Assembly: GCA_029263235.1 (NCBI GenBank)
Contig: JAJCXW010000131.1
Span: 1 to 63,726 of the forward strand
DNA from: Acidimicrobiales bacterium
Lineage (GTDB): Bacteria; Actinomycetota; Acidimicrobiia; Acidimicrobiales; Aldehydirespiratoraceae
DNA length: 63,726 nt
Direction of reading: 5' to 3'
Shown here: piece by piece, positions 31,818-40,007 of the stretch
How positions within the stretch are numbered: position 1 is the stretch's first letter
How the letters are laid out: each line of letters opens with the position of its first letter
Position numbers and translations under genes: made by a program
Notes under the pieces: generated by a model
Seen by the model: only the letters and a program-made list of their open reading frames with translations
Told to the model about the DNA's origin: nothing
Database searches by the model: none

Positions 31818-34325
31818 ATGGCCGCTAGGCGCGGGGTACTGCCCGCAGCGGATGACGAGCGGGCGGTGTGGACGCCGCAGCCACGCAGATGTCGCCACTG
31901 GGTGGCCGAGCGGACAGAGGCGCTGGCCCTGGCGGCATTCCTCGTGGGCCTGCTCGTGGTGGCGGGCGCCGTGCTTGCCGGTGTGCTGCTCGGTGCACGC
32001 GGCCGCACCGGGCCCGCCCTGCATCGGCCCCCCGCCGGCGAGCACCACCGGGACCGAGAAGGCGTTGGTGCACGAGGACAGCCGGCCGCGCTCTCGGCGC
32101 TCCCGCCGGGACGTCTTGCTCTGCCGGCTCCGGCGGAGAACGCCTCGGACGCACGCATCGTCGACTGGCGCGAGGACGCCTGCCAGTCGCCGTACGAATG
32201 GGCAAACGGTCGCTGGCTGCAGGCGGCCGAGCCGGGCGACGCGCGCTCGTTTGGCCCGGCCGGGCGCAGCAGCGAGCTGCTGCTGGCAGACATTCGCGAC
32301 CTGGAGCTGGCCCGTTCCTGGGACAAGGGTCTGCTCGGGCGCTTCTTCTACGCCTGCCTGGCCGCCGAGGATGCGAGCGGACCGGAGGCCGACGCGCGCG
32401 AGCGTGACCGGCTGCTGGACGGAGCGCTTAGCCGGCTGCACGCGCCGGGGGTCGAGCGCGGCGTGGCCCTGGCACGCACCTTTGGCTACCTCGGGCAGCG
32501 GGGGTTTATTGTGCCGCTGTACGTCAGCGTGCAGCGCAACCCGGTCGCGCGTCGCCAGCCGATGCTCTACGTGCAGCAAGATGGCCTCCTCGGACTCTCG
32601 ACCGGGGCGTCGGCCGAGCAGCACCAGGAGCATCGGCGGCTCCTGCAAGCCCTGCTGTTGCACGACCCCGACCCGCTCAGCAAGCGGCCCCAGGCCCTCG
32701 AGCGCCTGCTCGGCCTCGAGACACAGCTTGCGGCGGCGCACCGCGGCAGCTGGGCCAGGACGCTGAACGAGTACGCCCTTGGCGGCGAGCTGGCGAGCGA
32801 CACGATGAGCGGCGCGGCGCTGGCCGCCGAGCTGGCCGGCGCCTTGGACTGGTCAGAGTTTCTCTGCGCCCTGAGCCCGCTGCGTCCGGCTGCTGCGACG
32901 GCGTGGGCAGAACGCGCCGCCGCGCTTCCCCACTGGGTCTACCGCCCGCCCTACCTGGCCACCCTAGGCCGGCTGCTGCGCACGCTGCCGCTACGGGACT
33001 GGGAGCTCTACGTGCGTGCCTCGGTGGCCCTGCACAGCTTTCAGTACCTGCCCCGACTCTACACCACCCTGCGGGTCCGCGATGCCAGCCTGGTGCCGAC
33101 CGGCGGCGGCGGCGGTGGCGGCAGGACCCGCGACCCCTCGGTGGGCCTACACGACGCCCATCTGCTGCCGTGGCACCCGGCCCGGCGGCGCCAGTGGGCC
33201 CACAAACAGCAGCTTAGTCAGCCGCAGGATCCAGGTCCGGCACTAGAGCCGAATCAGCTGCCGGCGGATCCTGCCAGCCACATCTGCACGCAGCGCACGC
33301 TGCAGTACCTTCCGGAGCGCTTTGACCACTGGTTTGCAAAGCAGCGGCTGACCCCGGAGATTGTCGACCAGGTCCACGAGCTGCATGCGGGGAACGTCGC
33401 GCAGATGCGCCACCGTCTGCGCCACCAGCCGGACGCCGTGCGCGAGCCGGCCCTACGCAAGCTCGCTCTGCTCGACCTGCAGATCGGCCCGTCTGCCGAG
33501 GTGCAGGGCAGCTTTGCCGCGTTTGCGCGCGACTGTCTGCCCGGTGCGCCGGGCGATCGCACCGAGGCCGCCTTGCTGGGCAGCGTGCAGCTGCAGAATG
33601 TGCTCCAGCTGCGCAGACTGGACGCATACCGGCGCCTCTTTCTGCCCGCCGTGGCGGCGGCGGCCACCGGGTCTGCACCGACGGCGGCGGCGGCGGCCGC
33701 TGCCAGTGCGCCGTCGCTGGAGCTCTTTGGTACCTCGGCGGTGAACGCCTACTACAGCCCCCCGGACAACCGGATCATGGTGCTCTGCGGCATTCTTCAG
33801 GCGCCGTTTTACGCCCCGGTCTACTCGACGCAGTCGCAGCGGGCCGCCCTCGGCCTTGTGTTGGCGCACGAGCTCGGGCACGCCTTTGACCCGAACGGGG
33901 TGCAGTTTGACGCGGACGGCTCTCTCCGTCCCTGGTTGCCGGACACGGCGGCCGCCCGCTACGCTGCGCAGATGGAGTGTGTGAGTTTGCTGTATGACGG
34001 CCGCACGCGCTACGGGGTCTGGAACGACGGCTGGCGCAGTCTTGGAGAGAACGCCGCCGACCTGCTCGGGCTCCAGCTGACCCTTGGCGCTCTGCAGGCG
34101 GCCGCCGGCCCCGAGTCGCTCGACGCGGGGGTGCTGAGCGAGTTTTTCCTCGTCTACGCGCAGCTCTGGGCCGCGCGCACGACGGCCACCGCGCAACGGC
34201 ACCAGCTTTCCACGGACGTGCACTCGGCACCCGAGCTGCGCGTTGCCCGTGTGCTGATGCAGCAGCCGGCCTATCGCGTCCTGCACGGCTGCGCCGCGCC
34301 GCCGCGCGAGTGTCGCGTCTGGTAG
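31818..34325 (+). CDS. M13 family zinc metallopeptidase (neprilysin / endothelin-converting enzyme-like), type II membrane anchored
   Basis: NAYYSPPDNRIMVLCGILQAPFY, HEXXH as VLAHELGHAFD, GENAADLLGLQL, and an N-terminal TM helix ALALAAFLVGLLVVAGAVLAGVLL. Confidence 0.9.
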   Translation: MAARRGVLPAADDERAVWTPQPRRCRHWVAERTEALALAAFLVGLLVVAGAVLAGVLLGARGRTGPALHRPPAGEHHRDREGVGARGQPAALSALPPGRLALPAPAENASDARIVDWREDACQSPYEWANGRWLQAAEPGDARSFGPAGRSSELLLADIRDLELARSWDKGLLGRFFYACLAAEDASGPEADARERDRLLDGALSRLHAPGVERGVALARTFGYLGQRGFIVPLYVSVQRNPVARRQPMLYVQQDGLLGLSTGASAEQHQEHRRLLQALLLHDPDPLSKRPQALERLLGLETQLAAAHRGSWARTLNEYALGGELASDTMSGAALAAELAGALDWSEFLCALSPLRPAAATAWAERAAALPHWVYRPPYLATLGRLLRTLPLRDWELYVRASVALHSFQYLPRLYTTLRVRDASLVPTGGGGGGGRTRDPSVGLHDAHLLPWHPARRRQWAHKQQLSQPQDPGPALEPNQLPADPASHICTQRTLQYLPERFDHWFAKQRLTPEIVDQVHELHAGNVAQMRHRLRHQPDAVREPALRKLALLDLQIGPSAEVQGSFAAFARDCLPGAPGDRTEAALLGSVQLQNVLQLRRLDAYRRLFLPAVAAAATGSAPTAAAAAAASAPSLELFGTSAVNAYYSPPDNRIMVLCGILQAPFYAPVYSTQSQRAALGLVLAHELGHAFDPNGVQFDADGSLRPWLPDTAAARYAAQMECVSLLYDGRTRYGVWNDGWRSLGENAADLLGLQLTLGALQAAAGPESLDAGVLSEFFLVYAQLWAARTTATAQRHQLSTDVHSAPELRVARVLMQQPAYRVLHGCAAPPRECRVW

Positions 34326-34347
34326 CCAGGCGTGGGCAGATAACAAT

Positions 34348-34385
34348 CGGATAGAACATGGGCAGACCCCGTATAGTTCTATCCG
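34348..34385 (+). terminator. Perfect 10-bp stem hairpin downstream of the M13 peptidase stop
   Basis: CGGATAGAAC (34348-57), an 18-nt loop, then GTTCTATCCG (34376-85). It starts 23 nt after the TAG at 34323-25. Confidence 0.5.
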
Positions 34386-34607
34386 GTCGGTGACGAGAAC
34401 ACATAAAGATCCAACATCGCCGACAACGACGGGAGAGTGGCGCGCGGCCCACGGGGTCCCTATTACATTTAGTGGGGGGGGCGGTAGCTCACTCATTCTA
34501 GTCCCGTAATAGTGGACCAGTAGGGCCGGGTGTGCACGTGCGCGGGTGCGTACACAGAAAGGCGTAAATGTACACTTTACCGGCACATGGCCGGTATTGC
34601 AACCGCA

Positions 34608-34633
34608 GCGGCTGCGGCTGCGGCTGCGGCTGC
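34608..34633. repeat. (GCGGCT)4 hexanucleotide repeat in the long convergent spacer
   Basis: Read directly. Confidence 0.8.
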
Positions 34634-34786
34634 GCCGGCAGGGGGTATGCCAGGGGTTTTTTACACTAGCATCTCTGCGTTCACACGAACGCTACTCGTC
34701 CAGCATGTGACCGATTTCCAACGCTGGTGCCGGTAGCACCCGGCCTGCGCCGCCGGCCGCTACGCAACCCCTGCAGCCGAATGGGT

Positions 34787-35593
34787 CTAAGAGCTCACCG
34801 CACCCATGAAACCGACCTGGCGCCTGAGTGCGGCGGGTGGGACAGCCCCGACTCGCTCGGTGTCTGGAACGCGGCTCACGGCCAGGTGCGTACAGGCAAA
34901 CTCGTGCACGTAATCCTGCAGGTCGACGTCGATCTGCACACTCTTCAGGTACCAGCTGCCCTTTCGGCGAACCACGGTGTAGACTGCGGTCAGCATGTTC
35001 TGTTCTGGGTCCAGGGCAGAGCTCCAGTAGGCCTCACCGGTCACCTCCACCGATGTGGTGGCCTTGTTGGTGGCCCCGAGGCCCTCGATGGCCTCGGGGG
35101 ACAGGGGGACCAGGCGCACAAAGGGATAGGAGAAGGACACCATACCATCACGGATATACATCATCTTGTCGAGGGACCCACACAGCGTCCCGTCATGCTT
35201 CTTCAGGTCGTGCGTCGAGCCGTGGCTCAGCACGACAAACCGGGCAAACAGCCGCCCGCGGCCATTCCCCGTGGCGACTAGAAAGGCCCGGGTCGTTTTC
35301 TCGACGGACCCGTTGCAGGCAACCCCCGTGTCATCGATGAGCTCTGTACGCAGCAGAAACCGGTCAATGAGCACACCAGGTGTGCCCATCCAGGACATCA
35401 ACACGCCGCGTCGCTTGACCGTCCCGTCCCACGTCGCGGCCGTGCGGGCAGCAGCCATGCTAGACGTCATCCAGCCGCCAGCACCGGCGGCAATGACTGG
35501 TGCAGACGCCCCCTGGGCCGTGTCCTCTGCGTCCGTATCGGACGCGGCAGGACGTTGCCGATCGGCGGCATGCATGGTTCCGGTGCCCGCCAT
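34787..35593 (-). CDS. Hypothetical protein
   Basis: ATG-initiated 268-aa ORF with protein-like composition. A GCGTATAAGGG box and an AATGGAACAC element lie upstream. Confidence 0.5.
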   Translation of the reverse strand: MAGTGTMHAADRQRPAASDTDAEDTAQGASAPVIAAGAGGWMTSSMAAARTAATWDGTVKRRGVLMSWMGTPGVLIDRFLLRTELIDDTGVACNGSVEKTTRAFLVATGNGRGRLFARFVVLSHGSTHDLKKHDGTLCGSLDKMMYIRDGMVSFSYPFVRLVPLSPEAIEGLGATNKATTSVEVTGEAYWSSALDPEQNMLTAVYTVVRRKGSWYLKSVQIDVDLQDYVHEFACTHLAVSRVPDTERVGAVPPAALRRQVGFMGAVSS

Positions 35594-35702
35594 CGAGAGC
35601 GGCAGAGCGTGCCGGTGCCCGGATCAACGCGACCCTTATACGCGACAGAAGAACACCGATTTGAGTATCCGGTTCTCCCGTGTGTTCCATTTCCGGGGGT
35701 AC

Positions 35703-36230
35703 ATGAGGCGCTCCGCTGATGCCACCGGCTGCCCACCCTCGCCGGCGCGTCGCACGATGGCCCAAGCTGCGCAGATACCGCTCCTCTCGCCGCAGAACAT
35801 TGACAATGTCGCCGTGCGCCAGTACCGCCTGCAGATTGCCGGGATCATCGAACAGACAGATGACGCAGAGGGTGCGGAGGGCGCGGACCCAGAGGGCGCG
35901 CTGACCCTGGTGGTGGACGAGGCGGTGTGCGGCCGCGACCTGCGGCTGGTGGCCGGCTGGGTATGGGCGGCGCAGGGGCGCTACGCGCAGGCAGGCATCG
36001 CACAGAAGCTCCCCTGCTCGGCGGGCGGTGGCTCGATGAGACTGGCTGCACGGGCAGAGTGGCGACGATTGGAGAATCCACCGGCCTTTCGCGTCTGGTG
36101 GACGGCGCTGTACAAGCGCGTGCGCAGCATCCTCCGAGCCGCGGCCGCCACCGCCTATGGCAGCGAGGTGCCCGGGCACCCAGGTGTGCGCAGAGCGACG
36201 CAGTGCAGCGTAGTATCATTCTATCTGTAA
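35703..36230 (+). CDS. Hypothetical protein
   Basis: Internal ATG 35703 of ORF 35166-36230, chosen because it is ~70 nt downstream of the CCTTATACGCG box. An alternative ATG is at 35757. Confidence 0.45.
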   Translation: MRRSADATGCPPSPARRTMAQAAQIPLLSPQNIDNVAVRQYRLQIAGIIEQTDDAEGAEGADPEGALTLVVDEAVCGRDLRLVAGWVWAAQGRYAQAGIAQKLPCSAGGGSMRLAARAEWRRLENPPAFRVWWTALYKRVRSILRAAAATAYGSEVPGHPGVRRATQCSVVSFYL

Positions 36231-36251
36231 AGGACGGACCAGGGAGTTTAC
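36227..36251. terminator. GTAAA...TTTAC element formed by both stop codons at convergent junction 36230/36248
   Basis: CTGTAAAGGACGGACCAGGGAGTTTACG. Confidence 0.4.
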
Positions 36252-37675
36252 GACGCCTCGCCGCCCGGCTCCTCGCAGCCCTCCTCGTGACCTCCCGCCT
36301 CCCAGTCAAGCAGCTGGCAGGCGGTAGAGCAGTAGTGGGAGATGCGACAGCCCGTGCACCGAAAGCCGGGCGCAGGCCGCCGGCAGACTGCGCAGTGCGT
36401 GGCAAGCTGGCGCAGCATGTAGGCCGTGGCCTCGCTGCCGTCCGTCGGCGCCTGGGCCAGGCGCTCGGCCGGGTCGTAGCTGAGCAGCTTGCGGACCAGC
36501 GTGTGCAGCTCGACGCTGTCGGCGCCGGCCGGGCCCAGCCGACGTAGCTCTGCCAGCAGCACCTCTCCGTCGTCTCGGAAGAGGTCTAGGGTTACCCACT
36601 TTTCCGCGGAAAGCGGGGTGCCAATCTCCGGCCGGGGACTTCCGCGCTCCGGCAGCAGCTCTAGTGCGCTCAGCTGGCCGCCGAGCAGCTGGTACCCAAG
36701 CAGCCCGAGCTGCCAGAGACTAAAGGCCAAGAGACCGGTGGCACTCTCGGCAGACAGGCCCTCTGGCGGCAGCACCTCCAGGAGGTCCTTCAGCGCTGCA
36801 GGGGCGCAGCTGTCGCCGTCGCCACCGCCGCCGCCGCTGCTGCCACCCACGCACGCCTGCCCGTAGTCGATGACGACGACGCGCTGCGTTTCGCGGTCGT
36901 AGAGCACGTTGTCGGCCTTGAGGTCTCCGTGGGCAAGACGGCCCAGCGTGGCCGCGGCCCAGACGTGTGCCACCAGTGCCCGCATGATGCCAAGCAGCTC
37001 GGTGGCCGAGAGCTGCGGCATGCGCGCCGACAGCCGAGAGGCAAACTCCCACTGGCGCGGCCGGCTGTCCTGCGAGATGAGCGCCGTGGGCCGGTCCTCT
37101 GGTCGCAGCACTGCGTCGCGCAGCGGCAGACCGGGCGCCAGCTGCTGCACGAGCATCCAGGAAAAGTGGCTGGCCGCTCGGTGCTCCTTGTCGCCCAGTG
37201 CGCCGCCGGCGGCGGACCCGGCGGCCGTGGGCACCGGGACCGCCACCACGCCGTACTGGCGCGGCACCGTGTCAACAAAAAGACGACGGGCGGCCACTTG
37301 CTCTGCCGGCCCGGGGCCGTTGGTGTTTTCGGTCCGGAGGCGATTGCGCAGACGCTCGTAGGCCGCGTGGGCCGTCGCCTCGGCGACCAGCGCGTCAATC
37401 GCTGCGGCCGAGTCGAGCTTGGCCGTGGACACCTTTACCGCCACCGTGTCCGGCCAGGGCGGCGTCTCGGCCGAGAAGAGCTGCTCGGCGGCGCCCGGCG
37501 GGAGATTCTCAACCTCGACTGCCCACACGGCGCCAAATGCGCCGGCGCCTAGCTCGTCTCCCCGGGGCCACCAGCTGGCCGGGGCAACAAAGACGACCAG
37601 CCCGGGAATCTCGCGCAGCCGCCGGATCACCGCGTGGCTGCTCTGGCCGGCGGGAAGAGGGGCCGGCGTCGACAT
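36248..37675 (-). CDS. Ser/Thr protein kinase with C-terminal MYND zinc finger
   Basis: GAGAFGAVWAV (Gly loop), VAVKVS, HGDLKADNVLY, IDYGQA (DFG-like), LPPEGL. The C-terminal CAVCRRPAPGFRCTGCRISHYCSTACQLLDWEAGGHEEGC is a MYND motif. Confidence 0.85.
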   Translation of the reverse strand: MSTPAPLPAGQSSHAVIRRLREIPGLVVFVAPASWWPRGDELGAGAFGAVWAVEVENLPPGAAEQLFSAETPPWPDTVAVKVSTAKLDSAAAIDALVAEATAHAAYERLRNRLRTENTNGPGPAEQVAARRLFVDTVPRQYGVVAVPVPTAAGSAAGGALGDKEHRAASHFSWMLVQQLAPGLPLRDAVLRPEDRPTALISQDSRPRQWEFASRLSARMPQLSATELLGIMRALVAHVWAAATLGRLAHGDLKADNVLYDRETQRVVVIDYGQACVGGSSGGGGGDGDSCAPAALKDLLEVLPPEGLSAESATGLLAFSLWQLGLLGYQLLGGQLSALELLPERGSPRPEIGTPLSAEKWVTLDLFRDDGEVLLAELRRLGPAGADSVELHTLVRKLLSYDPAERLAQAPTDGSEATAYMLRQLATHCAVCRRPAPGFRCTGCRISHYCSTACQLLDWEAGGHEEGCEEPGGEAS

Positions 37676-37731
37676 TTCCCCGGGCCGGTGGGCCGGTGGG
37701 CAGCTGGGCGGGCAGCTGGGCAGCCGACGGG

Positions 37732-37769
37732 ACTTAAGTGGAGAATCGTATCCGTTTACCGTGTTCCAC
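37732..37769 (-). promoter_or_regulatory. Promoter-like module of the kinase gene
   Basis: Minus strand: CAGTGGAACACGG (37761-37769 region), GTAAACGGATACG, then CCACTTAAGTCC (37732-37741), ~55 nt upstream of ATG 37675. Confidence 0.4.
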
Positions 37770-37870
37770 TGATCGCCTGGAATACTCTACCCACCGGTCG
37801 TGCGGCGCGTCTCGCTCGCTGCAATGGGTCGCCGAGAGGATCTGCGCGGCAGACCCTCCCCCTCCCCCCC

Positions 37871-39715
37871 TCACGTCGGGGTGTAGGCCGGCGGGAGCTC
37901 CGAGGGTGCCGGGCCTGCGCCATCCTCCGCGCGTGCGGCGGCTATCCCGGTGGTGGGCAGCTTGCAGTAGAGCCAGGGCTCGTACAGCGGCGAGTGGCAA
38001 AGACGTTCCAGGGAAAAAGTCGGCCCATTCCTGCTCTTGCTCAGGATCATGGGCTTCAACAGCTCGTTTGGCTGGTGGCTGCCAGTGCCCGGGGTTGGCC
38101 GCGTTCCGCAAAATCCGACGCCCACTGCGTAGCCGTGGTGAGGGGCTATAGGCACAAGCAGTCGCTTGGTGGTATTCATCTGCTCAAAGGCCTTGCGGCA
38201 GGTGCGCGCATAGTCCTCCGTGAGGTCCTCAGGGAAGAGGCCGCAACCGTCAACCTTGCGAAAGTCGGCACCGTCGAGAATCAGGAGCACCGCGTGGCTC
38301 CCTACCAGCGGAAGGACGGCGCGCACTTTGTGGCGCCCGCCCAGCCCAAACGTAGCCGGTGAGGTTTTGTGATGAAACGCCCAGGAAAAGGGAATCTTGA
38401 TGCGACCAGTCTCGTACAGGTTGCTGATCTCGACGGCGTGTGCACAAGAACCCGTCTCCCTGACAGCGTCCACCTCTAGCCACAGCTCCGGCATGCGTCC
38501 CGTCTGCATGTACATGAGCAGCTCAGCGACCGAGCTAGGCGTGTCGCCAGCGCTCCCGGTACGCACCACAAACCCCGGCGTGACCTGCGATGATGGCGCC
38601 AGCTCAATCTCCAGGCATACCGACGGAGTTTTCCCGATGCCGTCCGACGCCGATGCCGCTGCCGGTGCCGGTGCCGGCTCGACGGCGCCCCAGCGCCTAA
38701 TGGCCGCCACGGTGGTCATCAGCGAGACCTCAAAGTCGCCCAGCGACGCGACCGAGGCCGCGGCAACGGCCGCCGTTGGCGTTGTCGTAGGTCGCAGCCG
38801 CGTCCGGGGATTGGCACGCGTTGCGATAAAGGCGCGCAGAGCTTCCGCTGTCTCGCCACTGGCCAGCATATCATGAAGATTGTTGTTGCACTGGTGGTAG
38901 TACTCGCATATTCTCGAGGGATGGGCCGACCCGACCAAGAGCGCGGTGATACAGAAGGTAGCACGCGAGCAGGAATCCATGGTGCCATAGTCCTCTGGCA
39001 GGCTGCGCCGCAGCCACTGCGTCGAGGCCGTAAACACGTGGGCATGGTTGATCTCCGCGAACCAGCAGAGCAGCCTGTCAAGGTCGGCATGTATGCCAGG
39101 GCGGCCTATCCGCTGGAAAAGGGCGTCGATCAGCGGCAGGTAGTCGCGGACATATTTCCACACTGCCGCTCCCTGCGCCTGGTCCACCAAAGGGCCACTG
39201 TGCGCCGTGACCCGGGCGCAAAGATGCCAGAAGCCACCAGCGCGCTCCGTGCCGATCGTGCTACCGTTGGCGCGCTCCGTGCCGATCGTGCTACCGTTGG
39301 CGCGCACCAACACCACCACGCCGGTCACCCGGTCCAGCGGCGCAGCCATTGCGGTGAGCATGCGCTGGTAGACAGGCGGAAGCCGCACGTACGTCTCGCG
39401 TCTGACCTGCAGCACCGGCGAGCCACCAGCGCCGCGCAATGTCAGCATATCCAGTAGGTTGCGGCGACAGGTGCGGCACCCGGGGCCGTCGGGGGCCTGG
39501 GCGGTGACCATGGCGGTGCATATTTCGCGCACAGCGGCGCGACCCTCTGCCATGGCCGCCTCGGACAGCGTGCCGCGCATGAGCAGAGCGACAGCAGACT
39601 CGGGCCTGCCGTCCGCACGCTGGCAAACCAGCGGCTCCAGCTCCGGCGGATGCTGCCGGAAGAGCGCAAACGCCGCCTCAAGGGTCAGCGGGTCAGCGGC
39701 GGGGTGGGCGGCCAT
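37871..39715 (-). CDS. Hypothetical protein (614 aa) with perfect 10-aa tandem duplication
   Basis: ATG-initiated. A CCATAAAAGGGCG box lies ~50 nt upstream. ANGSTIGTER x2 is encoded by a perfect 30-bp tandem repeat. Confidence 0.55.
   Translation of the reverse strand: MAAHPAADPLTLEAAFALFRQHPPELEPLVCQRADGRPESAVALLMRGTLSEAAMAEGRAAVREICTAMVTAQAPDGPGCRTCRRNLLDMLTLRGAGGSPVLQVRRETYVRLPPVYQRMLTAMAAPLDRVTGVVVLVRANGSTIGTERANGSTIGTERAGGFWHLCARVTAHSGPLVDQAQGAAVWKYVRDYLPLIDALFQRIGRPGIHADLDRLLCWFAEINHAHVFTASTQWLRRSLPEDYGTMDSCSRATFCITALLVGSAHPSRICEYYHQCNNNLHDMLASGETAEALRAFIATRANPRTRLRPTTTPTAAVAAASVASLGDFEVSLMTTVAAIRRWGAVEPAPAPAAASASDGIGKTPSVCLEIELAPSSQVTPGFVVRTGSAGDTPSSVAELLMYMQTGRMPELWLEVDAVRETGSCAHAVEISNLYETGRIKIPFSWAFHHKTSPATFGLGGRHKVRAVLPLVGSHAVLLILDGADFRKVDGCGLFPEDLTEDYARTCRKAFEQMNTTKRLLVPIAPHHGYAVGVGFCGTRPTPGTGSHQPNELLKPMILSKSRNGPTFSLERLCHSPLYEPWLYCKLPTTGIAAARAEDGAGPAPSELPPAYTPT
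39241..39300. repeat. Perfect 30-bp tandem duplication (x2) inside gene 37871-39715
   Basis: 39241-39270 is identical to 39271-39300 (cgcgctccgtgccgatcgtgctaccgttgg). It is in frame and encodes ANGSTIGTER twice. Confidence 0.9.
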
Positions 39716-39758
39716 TGCGGGTGTGCAGGTAGAAGAGCCGGATGGATCAGCCGGGTCG

Positions 39759-39800
39759 CCCTTTTATGGCCACCGGCCCATCGCATGCGAGTGTTCCATT
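39759..39800 (-). promoter_or_regulatory. Promoter-like module of gene 37871-39715
   Basis: On the minus strand: CAATGGAACACTCGC, ~20 nt, then CCATAAAAGGGCGACC ~50 nt upstream of ATG 39715. Confidence 0.45.
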
Positions 39801-39913
39801 GGGTTTCCAACGCGACCGGTTGATGGCAGCGGTACGCGGCGACTGGCCAGCCTACGCCGTGCCCAGGAGTTCCCGGGTCCGCGCTCGTCGCAGTACAAAC
39901 GGACGGATGTGTC

Positions 39914-39963
39914 GGAACATTCCGGCCGGGTGTTCCACTCGCCGGTGGCCGCTACATATAACC
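39914..39963 (+). promoter_or_regulatory. Promoter-like module of gene 40008-41615
   Basis: GGAACATTCC (39914-39923), then TGTTCCAC, then the CATATAACC box (39954-39963) 54 nt before the ATG. It lies in a divergent spacer, so no terminator is expected there. Confidence 0.45.
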
Positions 39964-40007
39964 CAAACGTTCCGCGCAGGCCGACCAACGCTGCGGTCGG
40001 CAACCCG

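Noticed and set aside
34470-34530. tRNA-like D-arm string GGTAGCTCA in the long spacer.
   Set aside because: No T-arm (GTTCGAATC-like) is present, and no acceptor or anticodon stems could be paired on either strand. The GATTCGAAC at about 22650 likewise lacks flanking stems.
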